Shown here one piece after another: positions 1 through 9,675 of a DNA stretch of 64,000 bases (the stretch's first letter is position 1; each line of letters starts with the position of its first letter). Made by a program: the position numbers and the translations under genes. The stretch spans positions 5,760 through 69,759 of the forward strand of contig JBBIOM010000005.1 in the NCBI GenBank assembly GCA_037443365.1, in the 5' to 3' direction. Below the pieces are notes generated by a model. The model searched no databases. It saw only the letters and a program-made list of their open reading frames with translations, and was not told where the DNA came from. The DNA comes from Armatimonadota bacterium (GTDB lineage: Bacteria; Sysuimicrobiota; Sysuimicrobiia; Sysuimicrobiales; Humicultoraceae).

Positions 1-33
1 CAAGCCCGGTGGGAGCCCGGGCGATCCGCAACG

Positions 34-489
34 ATGATTGCCCGGTGGATCGCGCTAGGGGCGCTTGCCGCGGCCTGCGTTGTCCTGTTCGCCGCGCCGG
101 TGGCCGCGGCCGGGATCCTGCTCGGCGTGTTCTGGGGCACGGCGGCGGTCGCGCTGGGGAGCATCGTCGTATCAGCCGTAGTGCTCTACCTCGCCCCGAA
201 GGTCAGACGCACCACCCTGCTGGGCCGATCGCTATCCTGGATTCGGAGGTGGGCCACCGAACGCGCGGCGCATCCCGGCGCGGCGGTGAGGTGGGCCTAC
301 CACGTCGGTGGTGGATTGGGATTCGTTGTTTCGTCTGTTCTCCTTGGTCCCACGGTAACCAGCCTCATGATAGCGCTCGTCCGCGGGCACCGGCGCCGGC
401 TCTGGCCCGTCGTGATCGGCAGCAGCCTGGTGTTCGCAGCGTTCGCCGTGAACCTCTTCGCCGGGCTCTGGGCCCTGGTCAGGCGATGA
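34..489 (+). CDS. Hypothetical membrane protein
   Basis: 151-aa ORF with several hydrophobic segments; no recognised motif; the true start may lie upstream. Confidence 0.55.
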   Translation: MIARWIALGALAAACVVLFAAPVAAAGILLGVFWGTAAVALGSIVVSAVVLYLAPKVRRTTLLGRSLSWIRRWATERAAHPGAAVRWAYHVGGGLGFVVSSVLLGPTVTSLMIALVRGHRRRLWPVVIGSSLVFAAFAVNLFAGLWALVRR

Positions 490-505
490 GACGCAGCGCG
501 TCCGT

Positions 506-1420
506 CTAAGCCACCTCGGGAGTCCCGTACATCTGATCCGGCGCAAGGACCTCGGGGAACCGCGCCCGCAGCCCCAGACGGCACTCGTAGCACAGGTGAC
601 AGGCATCGGCGTAGGCGTCTTCGCACGCCAGCCCATAGCGGCGGGCCAGCTCCGCCGGACCGCCCGCCAGGAGCGGGCCGGTGATGGGGTTCAAGTCAGG
701 GGCGTACGTCCGGCAGATCCGTTCGAGCGGGGCGCGGAAGAGGTTGCCCACGACTATTCCCTGGCAGATGTGCAGGTTCCCGAACGCATCCACGTGCACC
801 CGTCCGGGCTCGCGCAGGTCCTCATGCGGGCATTCCGTGAACCGCTCCCATGCCTGCCGCGCGGCCCGCCCGACCAGCTTCTCCGCGGCGCGTCCCCGGT
901 ACATGACGGCCGACTCGCCCGGCGGGAGCTGGCCGACCGACGGTGCCGCGCTCGTCGCCTCGGGCTGGGCCACGCAGATCGTGCCGGATGAGATGCCCAG
1001 CTTCAGGGCCGCGGCGCTCGCGTGACGCGCCTGCTGGCTTAGCTGCTCGTCCCAGTGGTACAGGTCGCTGCTGACCGAGAGGTCCTGGATCCGTCGGGCC
1101 AAAGGACGCAGCCACGCGACCGCGTCCTGCACCTGTGTTGCCCAGTAGGCGTTCGACACGACCCCCACGCGGAAGCCCATGCGCGCGGCCATGCGCACCC
1201 CTCTCACCAGGACAGGGTAATAGAGGAACGGCTCCCCGCCCTCGAAGTAGATGGACTTGACAGTATCGAGGTTCCTCGCCTGGCGCAGGATACGCCGTAT
1301 GCAGCCAAGCGTCATCGTCCCGCTCTGCCGCGGGCTTCCCCAGACGAAGCAGTGGTCGCACTCCATGTTGCACTGGTAGGTCAGGAGGAGATGAAGCCCT
1401 GACAACGTCACGCCAACCAC
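506..1420 (-). CDS. Radical SAM protein with a C-terminal Cys-rich auxiliary cluster region
   Basis: CNMECDHC (CxxxCxxC), GGEPF motif, and C-terminal CPHE...ICQG...CHLCYECR. Confidence 0.88.
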   Translation of the reverse strand: MVGVTLSGLHLLLTYQCNMECDHCFVWGSPRQSGTMTLGCIRRILRQARNLDTVKSIYFEGGEPFLYYPVLVRGVRMAARMGFRVGVVSNAYWATQVQDAVAWLRPLARRIQDLSVSSDLYHWDEQLSQQARHASAAALKLGISSGTICVAQPEATSAAPSVGQLPPGESAVMYRGRAAEKLVGRAARQAWERFTECPHEDLREPGRVHVDAFGNLHICQGIVVGNLFRAPLERICRTYAPDLNPITGPLLAGGPAELARRYGLACEDAYADACHLCYECRLGLRARFPEVLAPDQMYGTPEVA

Positions 1421-1486
1421 CTCCGATCAAGGGTCTTCGCCCTTGCCGGACGCGGCCCTGCGCCCCTACCATCACAGCAGGGAGGT

Positions 1487-2194
1487 GTGCCCGTGTCGCG
1501 CACCGCGATTGCGATCACTGCGCTCGCCCTTGGCTGTGCGGCCGCGTGGGCAGGCCCCAACTCCTACGCCGAAGCCCGCCGCACGATGGTGGAGACCCAG
1601 ATCAGGGCGCGCGGCGTCTCGGACGAGCGGGTGGTGCGCGCGATGCTGGCCGTCCCCCGGCACAGGTTTGTGCCCGACCGGTACCTGCCGCAGGCCTACA
1701 ACGACCATCCTTTGCCCATCGGGCACGGCCAGACGATCTCGCAGCCCTACATCGTGGCCCTGATGTCCCAGGAGGCAGGGGTGAAGCCCGGCCACCGGGT
1801 GCTCGAGATAGGCACGGGGTCAGGCTACCAGGCGGCCGTGCTGGCGGAGCTTACGGCGCATGACCGGGTCTACACCATCGAGATCATCGAGCCGCTGGCG
1901 CGCCAGGCGGCGCAGCGCCTGCGCGACCTGGGCTACGCGCGGGTGCACACGCGCATCGGTGACGGCTACCTGGGTTGGAGCGAGGCCGCGCCGTTCGACG
2001 CGATCCTGGTCACCGCCGCGCCGGACCACGTTCCGCCCCCGTTGGTGCAGCAGCTCAAGGAGGGGGGACGCATGGTGGTGCCGGTGGGTCCTCCCGGGCT
2101 GGTGCAGACGCTGTGGCGCATCAACAAGGAGCAGGGGCAGCTGAAGTTCCACAATCTGGGCAGCGTGGCGTTCGTGCCGCTGGTGAGGCGGTAG
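1487..2194 (+). CDS. pcm: Protein-L-isoaspartate O-methyltransferase with a signal-peptide-like N-terminus
   Basis: VPRHRFV, PLPIGHGQTISQPY, VLEIGTGSGYQAA, APFDAILVTAA motifs; GGAGG at about 1481 favours the GTG at 1493 as start. Confidence 0.93.
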   Translation: MPVSRTAIAITALALGCAAAWAGPNSYAEARRTMVETQIRARGVSDERVVRAMLAVPRHRFVPDRYLPQAYNDHPLPIGHGQTISQPYIVALMSQEAGVKPGHRVLEIGTGSGYQAAVLAELTAHDRVYTIEIIEPLARQAAQRLRDLGYARVHTRIGDGYLGWSEAAPFDAILVTAAPDHVPPPLVQQLKEGGRMVVPVGPPGLVQTLWRINKEQGQLKFHNLGSVAFVPLVRR

Positions 2195-2223
2195 CGGCGG
2201 GCGCCGCGAGCGGCACCTGACGC

Positions 2224-4758
2224 TCACGGAGGACATCCTGCGCGTCGCACCGCGATCCCGGCCGTCAGGTAGGCGATTCCCCCGAGAGTCAGCACCACGG
2301 GGAACCCCCATTCCAGCGCGACCATCGCGGCCAGGATCGAGGCCACCACCGAGGCGCACCCATTGATCCCCCATGCCCACGGGACCAGATGCGGGGCGGT
2401 CCTGCCCAACAGCCGGATGCCTGCGGGGAACGGCATTCCCATGAGCAGGCCGAGCGGGAGGATGACGGCGGCAAGCACAGCGATGCGCCCGGGCAGGGGC
2501 AGGCCCAGCGCGGAGTCGAGGATGCGCGGCAACGCCGCCGCGGCGCCCAGGGCCGATGCGGCCAGCACCGCAAGCGCAGCGGGCAGCCATGAGCCCAGGC
2601 GAGGCGCCAGCAGGCTGCCCGCTCCGGAGGCCAGCAGCAGGCCGGCCAGCACCGCGGCCGCCGCGTACGTTGGATGCCCCAGCACCAGGATCATCTGCTG
2701 CAGGAGCGGGATCTCGATGAAGAGGTAGCCGACACCCAGCGCCAGGAAGTAGGCGAAGACAGGCCATCGTTGCCGCGCGCCGTGGGTGCCGGGCAGCGGG
2801 TGCGCAGGGCCCGACTTGCGTGCGGCACCCAGCGCGCGCAGGGGGATCAGGATGAGGCCTGCGCTGAGCACGGCCGCGGTGCCCAACAGCACCAGCAGCA
2901 CCAGATAGCCCCCGCCGCCAAACGGCTGCCAGGTGTGTCCCAGTCCCGCCAGGATCTGCGGCACCTGGCGCCACCGGAAGAAGTGGAAGAAGAAGGGCCG
3001 CCCATCGCGCACCGGGCTCACATCGAACGGGTACGCGCGCAGGAAGCCGGCGCGGCGCCCTGGGTCCAGGATGGCGACGAAGGCATCGCGGTGAGCATCT
3101 CTGGGCAGGACGTTGAAGCGGTTGCCTTCCCAGGCAGGCACCCCAGGCGCGTGGGTGATGTCGAAGCGCCGCGAGGCAGCGAAGGTGCGCAACGCCGTCA
3201 CATCCGCGGGGCTGAAACCACTCGGCTTGACCAGGATCGTCATGGTGTTCATTGAGCGGAGCGCGGCCAGGCAGGCCTCGTGTGCGGGGATCTGCGCGCC
3301 CGGGGCCCGCCCTTCGAGCGCGGCTACTGCCGCCCCCCACACCCTGATCTCCTCGCTGGGAGGCGTCTGGATCCAGCGGGTGACCGCGAGCACGCCGCCG
3401 GGCGCGAGGGCGCGCACGTAGTCGCGGAAGGCCTCGACCGTGTACGTGTGGTGCTCGGCCAGAGAGAAGGCCCCGGAGGCCACCACCTGAAACGATTCCC
3501 GCGGCGGCACCTGGATGACGTCGAACCGTTCTGTTGTGCGCCGCATGTACGTTCGGGGATTCTCGGTGATGGTGCGCACTACGGGCCGGCCGCGGGGTCT
3601 CGCGAGGGCGTCGCCGGCGAGCCGGTGCGCGGCCTCGACCACCAGGGGGTTGCCCTCCAGCACTGCTACGTCCCGCATTCCGTGGTGTAGAGCGCCCAGG
3701 ACCTCCACGCCCATCCCCACGATCAGGGCGCGCCCCTGGCCGAGCCGGTAGGCCCCTAGCCGGTAGGCCGACGCCGCGGGCAGGTACTCGGTGAAGGAGG
3801 CGTCCACATCGGCAGGCAATCCTCGCAGGCCGTCGCCGTCGGTTACAAGGCCGGGCAGCGAGGGCGGCACACCCGGGAAGGCGACGCTCATTCCTGGAGC
3901 CGACCGCACGGCGGTGCTTCGCACGACATCCACCCGCGCGACCGCGCTCCACCGGGAGAAGACGACTCGGGCATCCGGGAAGAGGCGTACCTGGCTGAGG
4001 GTCTTGTAAGGAGACAAGGGAAGGTCGAACGGTACCGTGAACGCGGTCAGCGCCGCTGCCAGGGCGAGCGCCCCCGAGGCCGCTGCCGCGCGTCTGCCCG
4101 GTGACGAGTTCCAGGCACCCGCCGCGTCATTGCCGCCTGCCTCGGGCAGGCCCCACCAAAGCAGGGCCGCGCCTGCGGATGCGACCGCACCGGCCAGGAT
4201 CATCGCGCCCGGTCCTTGCAGCACACCCAGGATCGGCACCGCGGCCAGCGCGCCTGCCCCGGCGCCGAGAAACGACGCCGCGTAGAGACTTCCGGCGGCC
4301 TCGGGGAACCCGGCCAGGACCGCTCCCACCGCCAGGCCGGCGGCGAAGAATGGGATCACCAGGGCCGCCACCTGAATCGCGAGGTATGCGGACTGGACCG
4401 GCTCGAGCGCCATCAGGTAGGCGTCGAAGGGCACCAGGGCGACGGCGAGGAGGGCCACGGCTGTCGCGGGCATCACAAGCAGCGCTCCCCACGCCGCGGT
4501 GCGCACCGGCGCCCGCCGCAGGCCTGGGGTTACCGCAAGCGCGGTCCCGCTGGCCCCGAAGCCGAGCAGCCCCAACCCCACGGCCATGAAGGCGAAGTGG
4601 TGCCACTGCACCACGGCAAAGACCCGGGTGAGGGCAAGCTGCAGCAGCAGGGCCGCGCCGGAGACCAGGGCGACGCCCGCCTGGATCCGTCCCACAGCAC
4701 CCGGAGGTTTTCGGCACGCGCGGCGTTTCGCCTGCGCTCCCGGAAGGCCCGCGGTCAT
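2224..4758 (-). CDS. Multi-pass membrane protein with a central spermidine-synthase-like SAM-binding domain
   Basis: N- and C-terminal TM bundles (LTRVFAVVQWHHFAFM; YLFIEI; PWAWGING), central FDVIQV and LAEHHTYTVEAFRDY, DGRPFFF; start trimmed from the track's 4920 to the ATG at 4758. Confidence 0.8.
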   Translation of the reverse strand: MTAGLPGAQAKRRACRKPPGAVGRIQAGVALVSGAALLLQLALTRVFAVVQWHHFAFMAVGLGLLGFGASGTALAVTPGLRRAPVRTAAWGALLVMPATAVALLAVALVPFDAYLMALEPVQSAYLAIQVAALVIPFFAAGLAVGAVLAGFPEAAGSLYAASFLGAGAGALAAVPILGVLQGPGAMILAGAVASAGAALLWWGLPEAGGNDAAGAWNSSPGRRAAAASGALALAAALTAFTVPFDLPLSPYKTLSQVRLFPDARVVFSRWSAVARVDVVRSTAVRSAPGMSVAFPGVPPSLPGLVTDGDGLRGLPADVDASFTEYLPAASAYRLGAYRLGQGRALIVGMGVEVLGALHHGMRDVAVLEGNPLVVEAAHRLAGDALARPRGRPVVRTITENPRTYMRRTTERFDVIQVPPRESFQVVASGAFSLAEHHTYTVEAFRDYVRALAPGGVLAVTRWIQTPPSEEIRVWGAAVAALEGRAPGAQIPAHEACLAALRSMNTMTILVKPSGFSPADVTALRTFAASRRFDITHAPGVPAWEGNRFNVLPRDAHRDAFVAILDPGRRAGFLRAYPFDVSPVRDGRPFFFHFFRWRQVPQILAGLGHTWQPFGGGGYLVLLVLLGTAAVLSAGLILIPLRALGAARKSGPAHPLPGTHGARQRWPVFAYFLALGVGYLFIEIPLLQQMILVLGHPTYAAAAVLAGLLLASGAGSLLAPRLGSWLPAALAVLAASALGAAAALPRILDSALGLPLPGRIAVLAAVILPLGLLMGMPFPAGIRLLGRTAPHLVPWAWGINGCASVVASILAAMVALEWGFPVVLTLGGIAYLTAGIAVRRAGCPP

Positions 4759-4825
4759 GAAGGATTCCTTCACCCCAACCGCCTGGTGCGAGAAGGATTT
4801 CTTCGCGCCGCCCCAGAAGACCACG

Positions 4826-5692
4826 ATGATGCCTCCTGTGCGCCACGCCGGCATCGGCAGTCTGACACGGCTTCGCGAACTTCGCCCGCGCCTCGCCGAC
4901 GCGGAACGCCGATTGGCCACCTACATCCTGCGGCACCCCCGTCAGATACTGGACTCCTCGATCACCCTCGTCGCGGGGCGGGCACGCGTGAGCGAGGCCA
5001 CGGTCGTGCGCCTGTGCCGCCGTATTGGGTGCCGCGGGTATCAGGATCTGCGCATCCGGCTGGCGGCCGATCTCGTGCTTCCGCCGCGGCAGATCTACGA
5101 CGAGATAGACCCTGGCGATGATTGTCCCGCGGTCAAGCGCAAGGTGTTTGGGATCTCGATCCGGGCCCTCGAGGAGACCCTGGACGTGCTCGAGGACGGG
5201 GCGCTGGAAGCCGCGGTCGAGGCGATCGCCGCGGCGCGGCAGGTGGACTTCTACGGCGTGGGGGCGTCGGGAATCGTGGCGATGGACGCGCAGCAGAAGC
5301 TCCTGCGCATAGGCATTGCCGCGCAGGCGTTCGTGGACCCGCACGTGCAGGCGGCCTCGGCGGCCCTGCTCCGCCGCGGCGACGTCGCGGTGGGCATCTC
5401 GCACTCGGGCTCAACCAGGGACACGGTCCACGCGCTCGGGGTGGCGCGCTCAGCCGGCGCGACGACCGTGGCCATCACGCGGTACGGTCCGTCCCCGATC
5501 GAGGCGGTCGCGCAGATCCGGCTGCACACCATCTCGACCGAGGGCGGCATACGCGGTGCCGCCATTGCCAGCCGCATGGCGCAGCTCGCCGTGGTGGACG
5601 CCATCACGATGTCCGTGGCGCTCCGTCGCTACGAGGAGACGCTGGCGGCGCTGCGGGCGACGCGCGACGCGGTCGCGGAGAAGAAGTTCTGA
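4826..5692 (+). CDS. RpiR/MurR-family transcriptional regulator (HTH plus SIS domain)
   Basis: VSEATVVRLCRRIGCRGYQDL HTH; FYGVGASGIVA and ISHSGST SIS motifs; heads the murQ/anmK operon. Confidence 0.92.
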   Translation: MMPPVRHAGIGSLTRLRELRPRLADAERRLATYILRHPRQILDSSITLVAGRARVSEATVVRLCRRIGCRGYQDLRIRLAADLVLPPRQIYDEIDPGDDCPAVKRKVFGISIRALEETLDVLEDGALEAAVEAIAAARQVDFYGVGASGIVAMDAQQKLLRIGIAAQAFVDPHVQAASAALLRRGDVAVGISHSGSTRDTVHALGVARSAGATTVAITRYGPSPIEAVAQIRLHTISTEGGIRGAAIASRMAQLAVVDAITMSVALRRYEETLAALRATRDAVAEKKF

Positions 5693-6264
5693 TGGAGACC
5701 CCCAGGGTGCGGGGAATGCGATCGGGCGACGTCGAGGCGGTCGCGCAGATCGTCGCCGGCGAGGAGCTCTGGAAGCGCTACGGCCTGACACTGCAGCGGG
5801 CTCGTCGTGTGCTGGCACGGGCGCAGGCGGCGCGGCGGCGCGGCGGGGTCTATGCGCGCAATGCCGGGGAGATGGCAGTCGCCGTCCAGGACCGGCGAAT
5901 CCAGGGCTTCGTCTGGTTTCACCGCAAGGGCACCTTCCGCCACAGCGGGTACATCCAGTGGATCGCGGTGGCTCCCACGGCCCGTGGCCGGGGCGTGGGC
6001 AGGCTTCTCATGCGCTACGCCGAGGAGCGGATCCTCAGGAAGGGCCCCAACGTGTTGCTGCTGGTCTCCGACTTCAACTCGCGGGCGCAGGCGTTCTACG
6101 AGAAGCTGGGCTACGCGCGGGTGGGAGCGATCCCTGACTACATGGTGCGGGGCATCACCGAGTATCTCTATCGCAAGACGCGGGGGCCGGTCTCGACGAG
6201 GGTTCCAGGAGAGGAAACGCAGGGCAGGTACCATACGGAACATCAAAGGAGGGGACGGCGGTGA
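5692..6264 (+). CDS. GNAT-family N-acetyltransferase
   Basis: IAVAPTARGRGVG acetyl-CoA motif A and NSRAQAFYEKLGY motif B; TGATG overlap with the upstream gene. Confidence 0.88.
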   Translation: METPRVRGMRSGDVEAVAQIVAGEELWKRYGLTLQRARRVLARAQAARRRGGVYARNAGEMAVAVQDRRIQGFVWFHRKGTFRHSGYIQWIAVAPTARGRGVGRLLMRYAEERILRKGPNVLLLVSDFNSRAQAFYEKLGYARVGAIPDYMVRGITEYLYRKTRGPVSTRVPGEETQGRYHTEHQRRGRR

Positions 6265-7775
6265 AAGGACGCTGGTGGTTGCTACTCGTGGTCGCGGCGC
6301 TGGCATTGCCCGTGATGCCCGTGCGCGCGGGCCCGGCCGGGGTTACGTTCACGATCGGCGTGGACCAGGAAGTCGTAGGGCTGGATCCCAACCTGGTGAC
6401 GGCCTTTTCCTCGTTCCGGCGCATTGACTTCCTTTACAACAAGCTGGTCCGGTACAACGACAAGCTCGAGATCGAGCCGGATCTTGCCGAGTCATGGGAG
6501 TTCCCCGACCCGCGGACCGCGGTCTTCAGGCTGCGCCGCGGGGTGAAGTTCCACAGCGGCGCCGAGATGACTTCCGAGGATGTGAAGTTCACCCTCGACC
6601 GCGTGCTGGACCCGGCCACAAGGTCGCCCGGCAGGTCCTTCATTGATGTAATCAAGGAGATCGAAACCCCGGACCGCCACACGGTGCGGATCAAGATGAC
6701 CTTCCCGCTCGCGTCGCTGCTCTCCGGCCTGGCGTCGGCCAACCTCTCGATCGTAGAGAAGGCGGCCGTCCTGCGGCACGGGAACCTGCAGCGAAACGTC
6801 GCCGGCACCGGGCCGTTCATGCTCGCGGAATGGGTCCCCGACAACTTCATGCGGATGGTGAAGAACCCCAACTACTTCCGCAGCGGCCTGCCCAACTTCG
6901 ACACGCTCATAATCCGGGTGATTCCCGATCAGGCCTCGCTTCTCGCCGGCGTGCGGACGCGCGCGTTGGACATGGCCACCATCAACCAGGGGCCGGTGAT
7001 TGCCGCCGCGAAGCGGGAGGCCGCCCTGAACGTCATGCAGAAGGCCGGCATCAACCTGAGGATCTTCGCGTTCAACACAACCCGGCCGCCCTTCACCGAC
7101 CCGAGGGTGCGGTACGCGCTGTCGTTCGCGATTGACAGGCAGGCGATCGTGAACACCGCTGAGTTCGGCTTCGCAACGGTCTCCGGGCCGGTATCCGCCC
7201 CCACGCCGTGGGCGCTGCCGACCACGCGCTTCCCTTCATACACCCAGAACATCGCGCGCGCGCGCCAGATGCTGGCCGAGGCCGGCTTCCCGACTGGGTT
7301 CGCCACCCGGATCGTCACCTCGCCCACCTACGAGGGAGGCATAGCGGTGGCGCAGGTGATCCAGGAGCAGCTCCGGGCGATCGGCGTGAGTGCGACGCTC
7401 GAGACGCTCGAGTGGGGAACCTACATCAACAGGTGGGTCGCCCGCGACTTCGACACCATGATCGAGCTTCGCGGAGGAGACCCTGACCCCGACAGGTTCC
7501 TGTACCGGACGTTCCACAGCACAGGCGCCGTCAACAACTTCCTGTTCAAGGACGGGGCCATAGACCGCCTGCTGGAGCGGGGGCGCGTGAACCTCGATGC
7601 CGATGCGCGCCGACCCATCTACGATGATCTGCAGCGCGCCCTGATAGAGGCGGCGCCGGCCCTGTTCCTGTACGTTCCGATGGAGACGCAGGTGCTTCAG
7701 GGGTATGTGCGGGGCTTCCGGATCATCGGTAACGGCGCCCTGTACCTGTTGGAGCGGGCGACGGTAGAGCGCTAG
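6261..7775 (+). CDS. ABC transporter substrate-binding protein, family 5 (peptide/nickel type)
   Basis: Signal peptide; PDLAESWE, LRRGVKFHSG, GTGPF, VRYALSFAIDR. Confidence 0.93.
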   Translation: MKGRWWLLLVVAALALPVMPVRAGPAGVTFTIGVDQEVVGLDPNLVTAFSSFRRIDFLYNKLVRYNDKLEIEPDLAESWEFPDPRTAVFRLRRGVKFHSGAEMTSEDVKFTLDRVLDPATRSPGRSFIDVIKEIETPDRHTVRIKMTFPLASLLSGLASANLSIVEKAAVLRHGNLQRNVAGTGPFMLAEWVPDNFMRMVKNPNYFRSGLPNFDTLIIRVIPDQASLLAGVRTRALDMATINQGPVIAAAKREAALNVMQKAGINLRIFAFNTTRPPFTDPRVRYALSFAIDRQAIVNTAEFGFATVSGPVSAPTPWALPTTRFPSYTQNIARARQMLAEAGFPTGFATRIVTSPTYEGGIAVAQVIQEQLRAIGVSATLETLEWGTYINRWVARDFDTMIELRGGDPDPDRFLYRTFHSTGAVNNFLFKDGAIDRLLERGRVNLDADARRPIYDDLQRALIEAAPALFLYVPMETQVLQGYVRGFRIIGNGALYLLERATVER

Positions 7776-7862
7776 ACCGCGGCGCACGCTTGAGGAGCAA
7801 TCCGAACGGGTGATTCCGGGGCGGCGCAACGTCCCGCCCCGGAACCCGGCCGGTGTCCATCC

Positions 7863-8810
7863 ATGCAACGGTATCTGGCCACGCGCCTGCTGGCGCTCAT
7901 CCCGGTGCTGCTCGGCATCCTTGCCGTCGTCTTCCTCTTGATTCGCATGATACCCGGAGACGCCGTCCAGCTCTTCCTGGGAACCCAGGTGGAGATGACA
8001 CCCGACCAGATGGCTGAACTGCGGCGGTTCTTCGGGGTGGACAAGCCGATCTGGGCCCAGTTCATCGACTACCTGGGCCGGATTCTTCGGGGCGATTTCG
8101 GGGTTTCGCTGCGGACCTCGCGCCCTGTGCTCGGCGACATCCTGGCGCGGCTGCCGCTCTCGTTCCAGCTCGCGATGTTCGCGCTGGCCGTCGCCCTGGC
8201 AATCGCGGTGCCGCTTGGCATCCTCTCGGCGGTTGCGCGCAACTCGGCCTTCGACGTGCTGACGCGCATCGGGGGGCTGCTCGGCCTATCGATGCCCAAC
8301 TTCTGGCTTGGAGCGATGCTGATCCTTGTCTTCTCGCGGTACCTGCACGTCTCTCTTGGCCAATACGTTCCCCTGTCGCAGAATCCGCTGGGCACGCTGG
8401 GAAGCCTCTACCTGCCGGCCATCGCCCTGGGGGTGGCGATCGCGGCGATACTCATGCGCTACATCCGGTCGTCGCTGCTCGAGGTGTTGGGACAGGACTA
8501 CATCCGGACCGCGCGGGGCAAGGGGGTGCGGGCTTCAGCCGTGATGCTCCGGCACGCCCTGCCAAACGCGATGATCCCGGTCATCACGGTGGTGGGGTTC
8601 CAGATGGGCTACCTGCTGGGCGGCACAGTGGTGATCGAGGAGATCTTCGCTCTCCCCGGGATGGGCCGCCTCGTGCTGCAGGCGATCTTCCAGCGAGACT
8701 ATCCGGTCGTTCAGGGAGTCGTGCTGACAATCGCCCTGCTCTTCGTCGTCACCAATCTCGTGGTGGATCTGCTCTATGCCTGGATCGACCCGCGCATTCG
8801 CTACGGGTAG
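7863..8810 (+). CDS. ABC transporter permease (DppB/OppB-like)
   Basis: PGDAV, GDFGVS, DYIRTARGKG EAA loop, RDYPVVQG, DPRIR. Confidence 0.93.
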   Translation: MQRYLATRLLALIPVLLGILAVVFLLIRMIPGDAVQLFLGTQVEMTPDQMAELRRFFGVDKPIWAQFIDYLGRILRGDFGVSLRTSRPVLGDILARLPLSFQLAMFALAVALAIAVPLGILSAVARNSAFDVLTRIGGLLGLSMPNFWLGAMLILVFSRYLHVSLGQYVPLSQNPLGTLGSLYLPAIALGVAIAAILMRYIRSSLLEVLGQDYIRTARGKGVRASAVMLRHALPNAMIPVITVVGFQMGYLLGGTVVIEEIFALPGMGRLVLQAIFQRDYPVVQGVVLTIALLFVVTNLVVDLLYAWIDPRIRYG

Positions 8811-9675
8811 GGCGTCCTCCGCCGCCGGGCCGCGCATCGGCACCGGCTGGCGGTGGTGGACGCGCCGATTCCTGCGCAACCGCGTCGCGCCGATAGGGTT
8901 CACCATCGTCTTCGCCGGCGTCCTGATCGCGGCCCTCGCGCCTGCGATCGTGCCCCATGACATCAGGGTGATGTCTCCCCAGGACGCTCTCTCCCCGCCA
9001 GGAGGTCGCTACCTGTTCGGCACGGACGAGTTTGGGCGCGACGTGTTCAGCCGCGTGCTGGTGGGATCGCGCATTTCCCTGGTTGTGGCCTTCCTCTCTG
9101 TGCTCGTGGCCGTGGCGCTGGGAACCTCGCTCGGCCTGGCCGCGGGGTACTACGGCGGGTGGTGGGACTCGGTCTCGATGCGGGTCATGGACGTCATCTT
9201 CGCCTTCCCGGCGATACTGCTTGCGATCGCGATAATGGCGGTGCTGGGCACGAGTCTATTCAACCTGGTGATCGCCATCGGGATCGTGTACACGCCCCAG
9301 TTCGCGCGCGTCGCCCGCGCAGCGGCGTTGAGCGTGCGCTCGTTGGAGTTCGTTGACGCCGCCAGGGCGCTGGGGATGGGCAACGCCCGCATCATCGCCA
9401 GGCACCTCATCCCCAACGTGCTGGCCCCATTGATCGTGCAGATCTCGCTGAGCCTTTCGCTGGCGATCCTCTCCGAGTCGGCGCTCAGCTTCCTGGGTCT
9501 TGGCACCCAACCCCCCACGCCCTCGTGGGGCAACATGCTGAGCGACGGCCGGCAGCTGCTTGAACTGGCGCCCTGGAACGCCGTCTTCCCGGGCCTGGCG
9601 ATCATGGTCGTTGTGCTTGGCTTCAACCTGCTGGGCGATGGCCTGCGCGACCTGCTCGATCCGAGGCTGCGATGA
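8776..9675 (+). CDS. ABC transporter permease (DppC/OppC-like)
   Basis: FGTDEFGRDVFSR, EFVDAARALG, LSFLGLG, PSWG, GDGLRDLLDP; start uncertain. Confidence 0.92.
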   Translation: MPGSTRAFATGRASSAAGPRIGTGWRWWTRRFLRNRVAPIGFTIVFAGVLIAALAPAIVPHDIRVMSPQDALSPPGGRYLFGTDEFGRDVFSRVLVGSRISLVVAFLSVLVAVALGTSLGLAAGYYGGWWDSVSMRVMDVIFAFPAILLAIAIMAVLGTSLFNLVIAIGIVYTPQFARVARAAALSVRSLEFVDAARALGMGNARIIARHLIPNVLAPLIVQISLSLSLAILSESALSFLGLGTQPPTPSWGNMLSDGRQLLELAPWNAVFPGLAIMVVVLGFNLLGDGLRDLLDPRLR

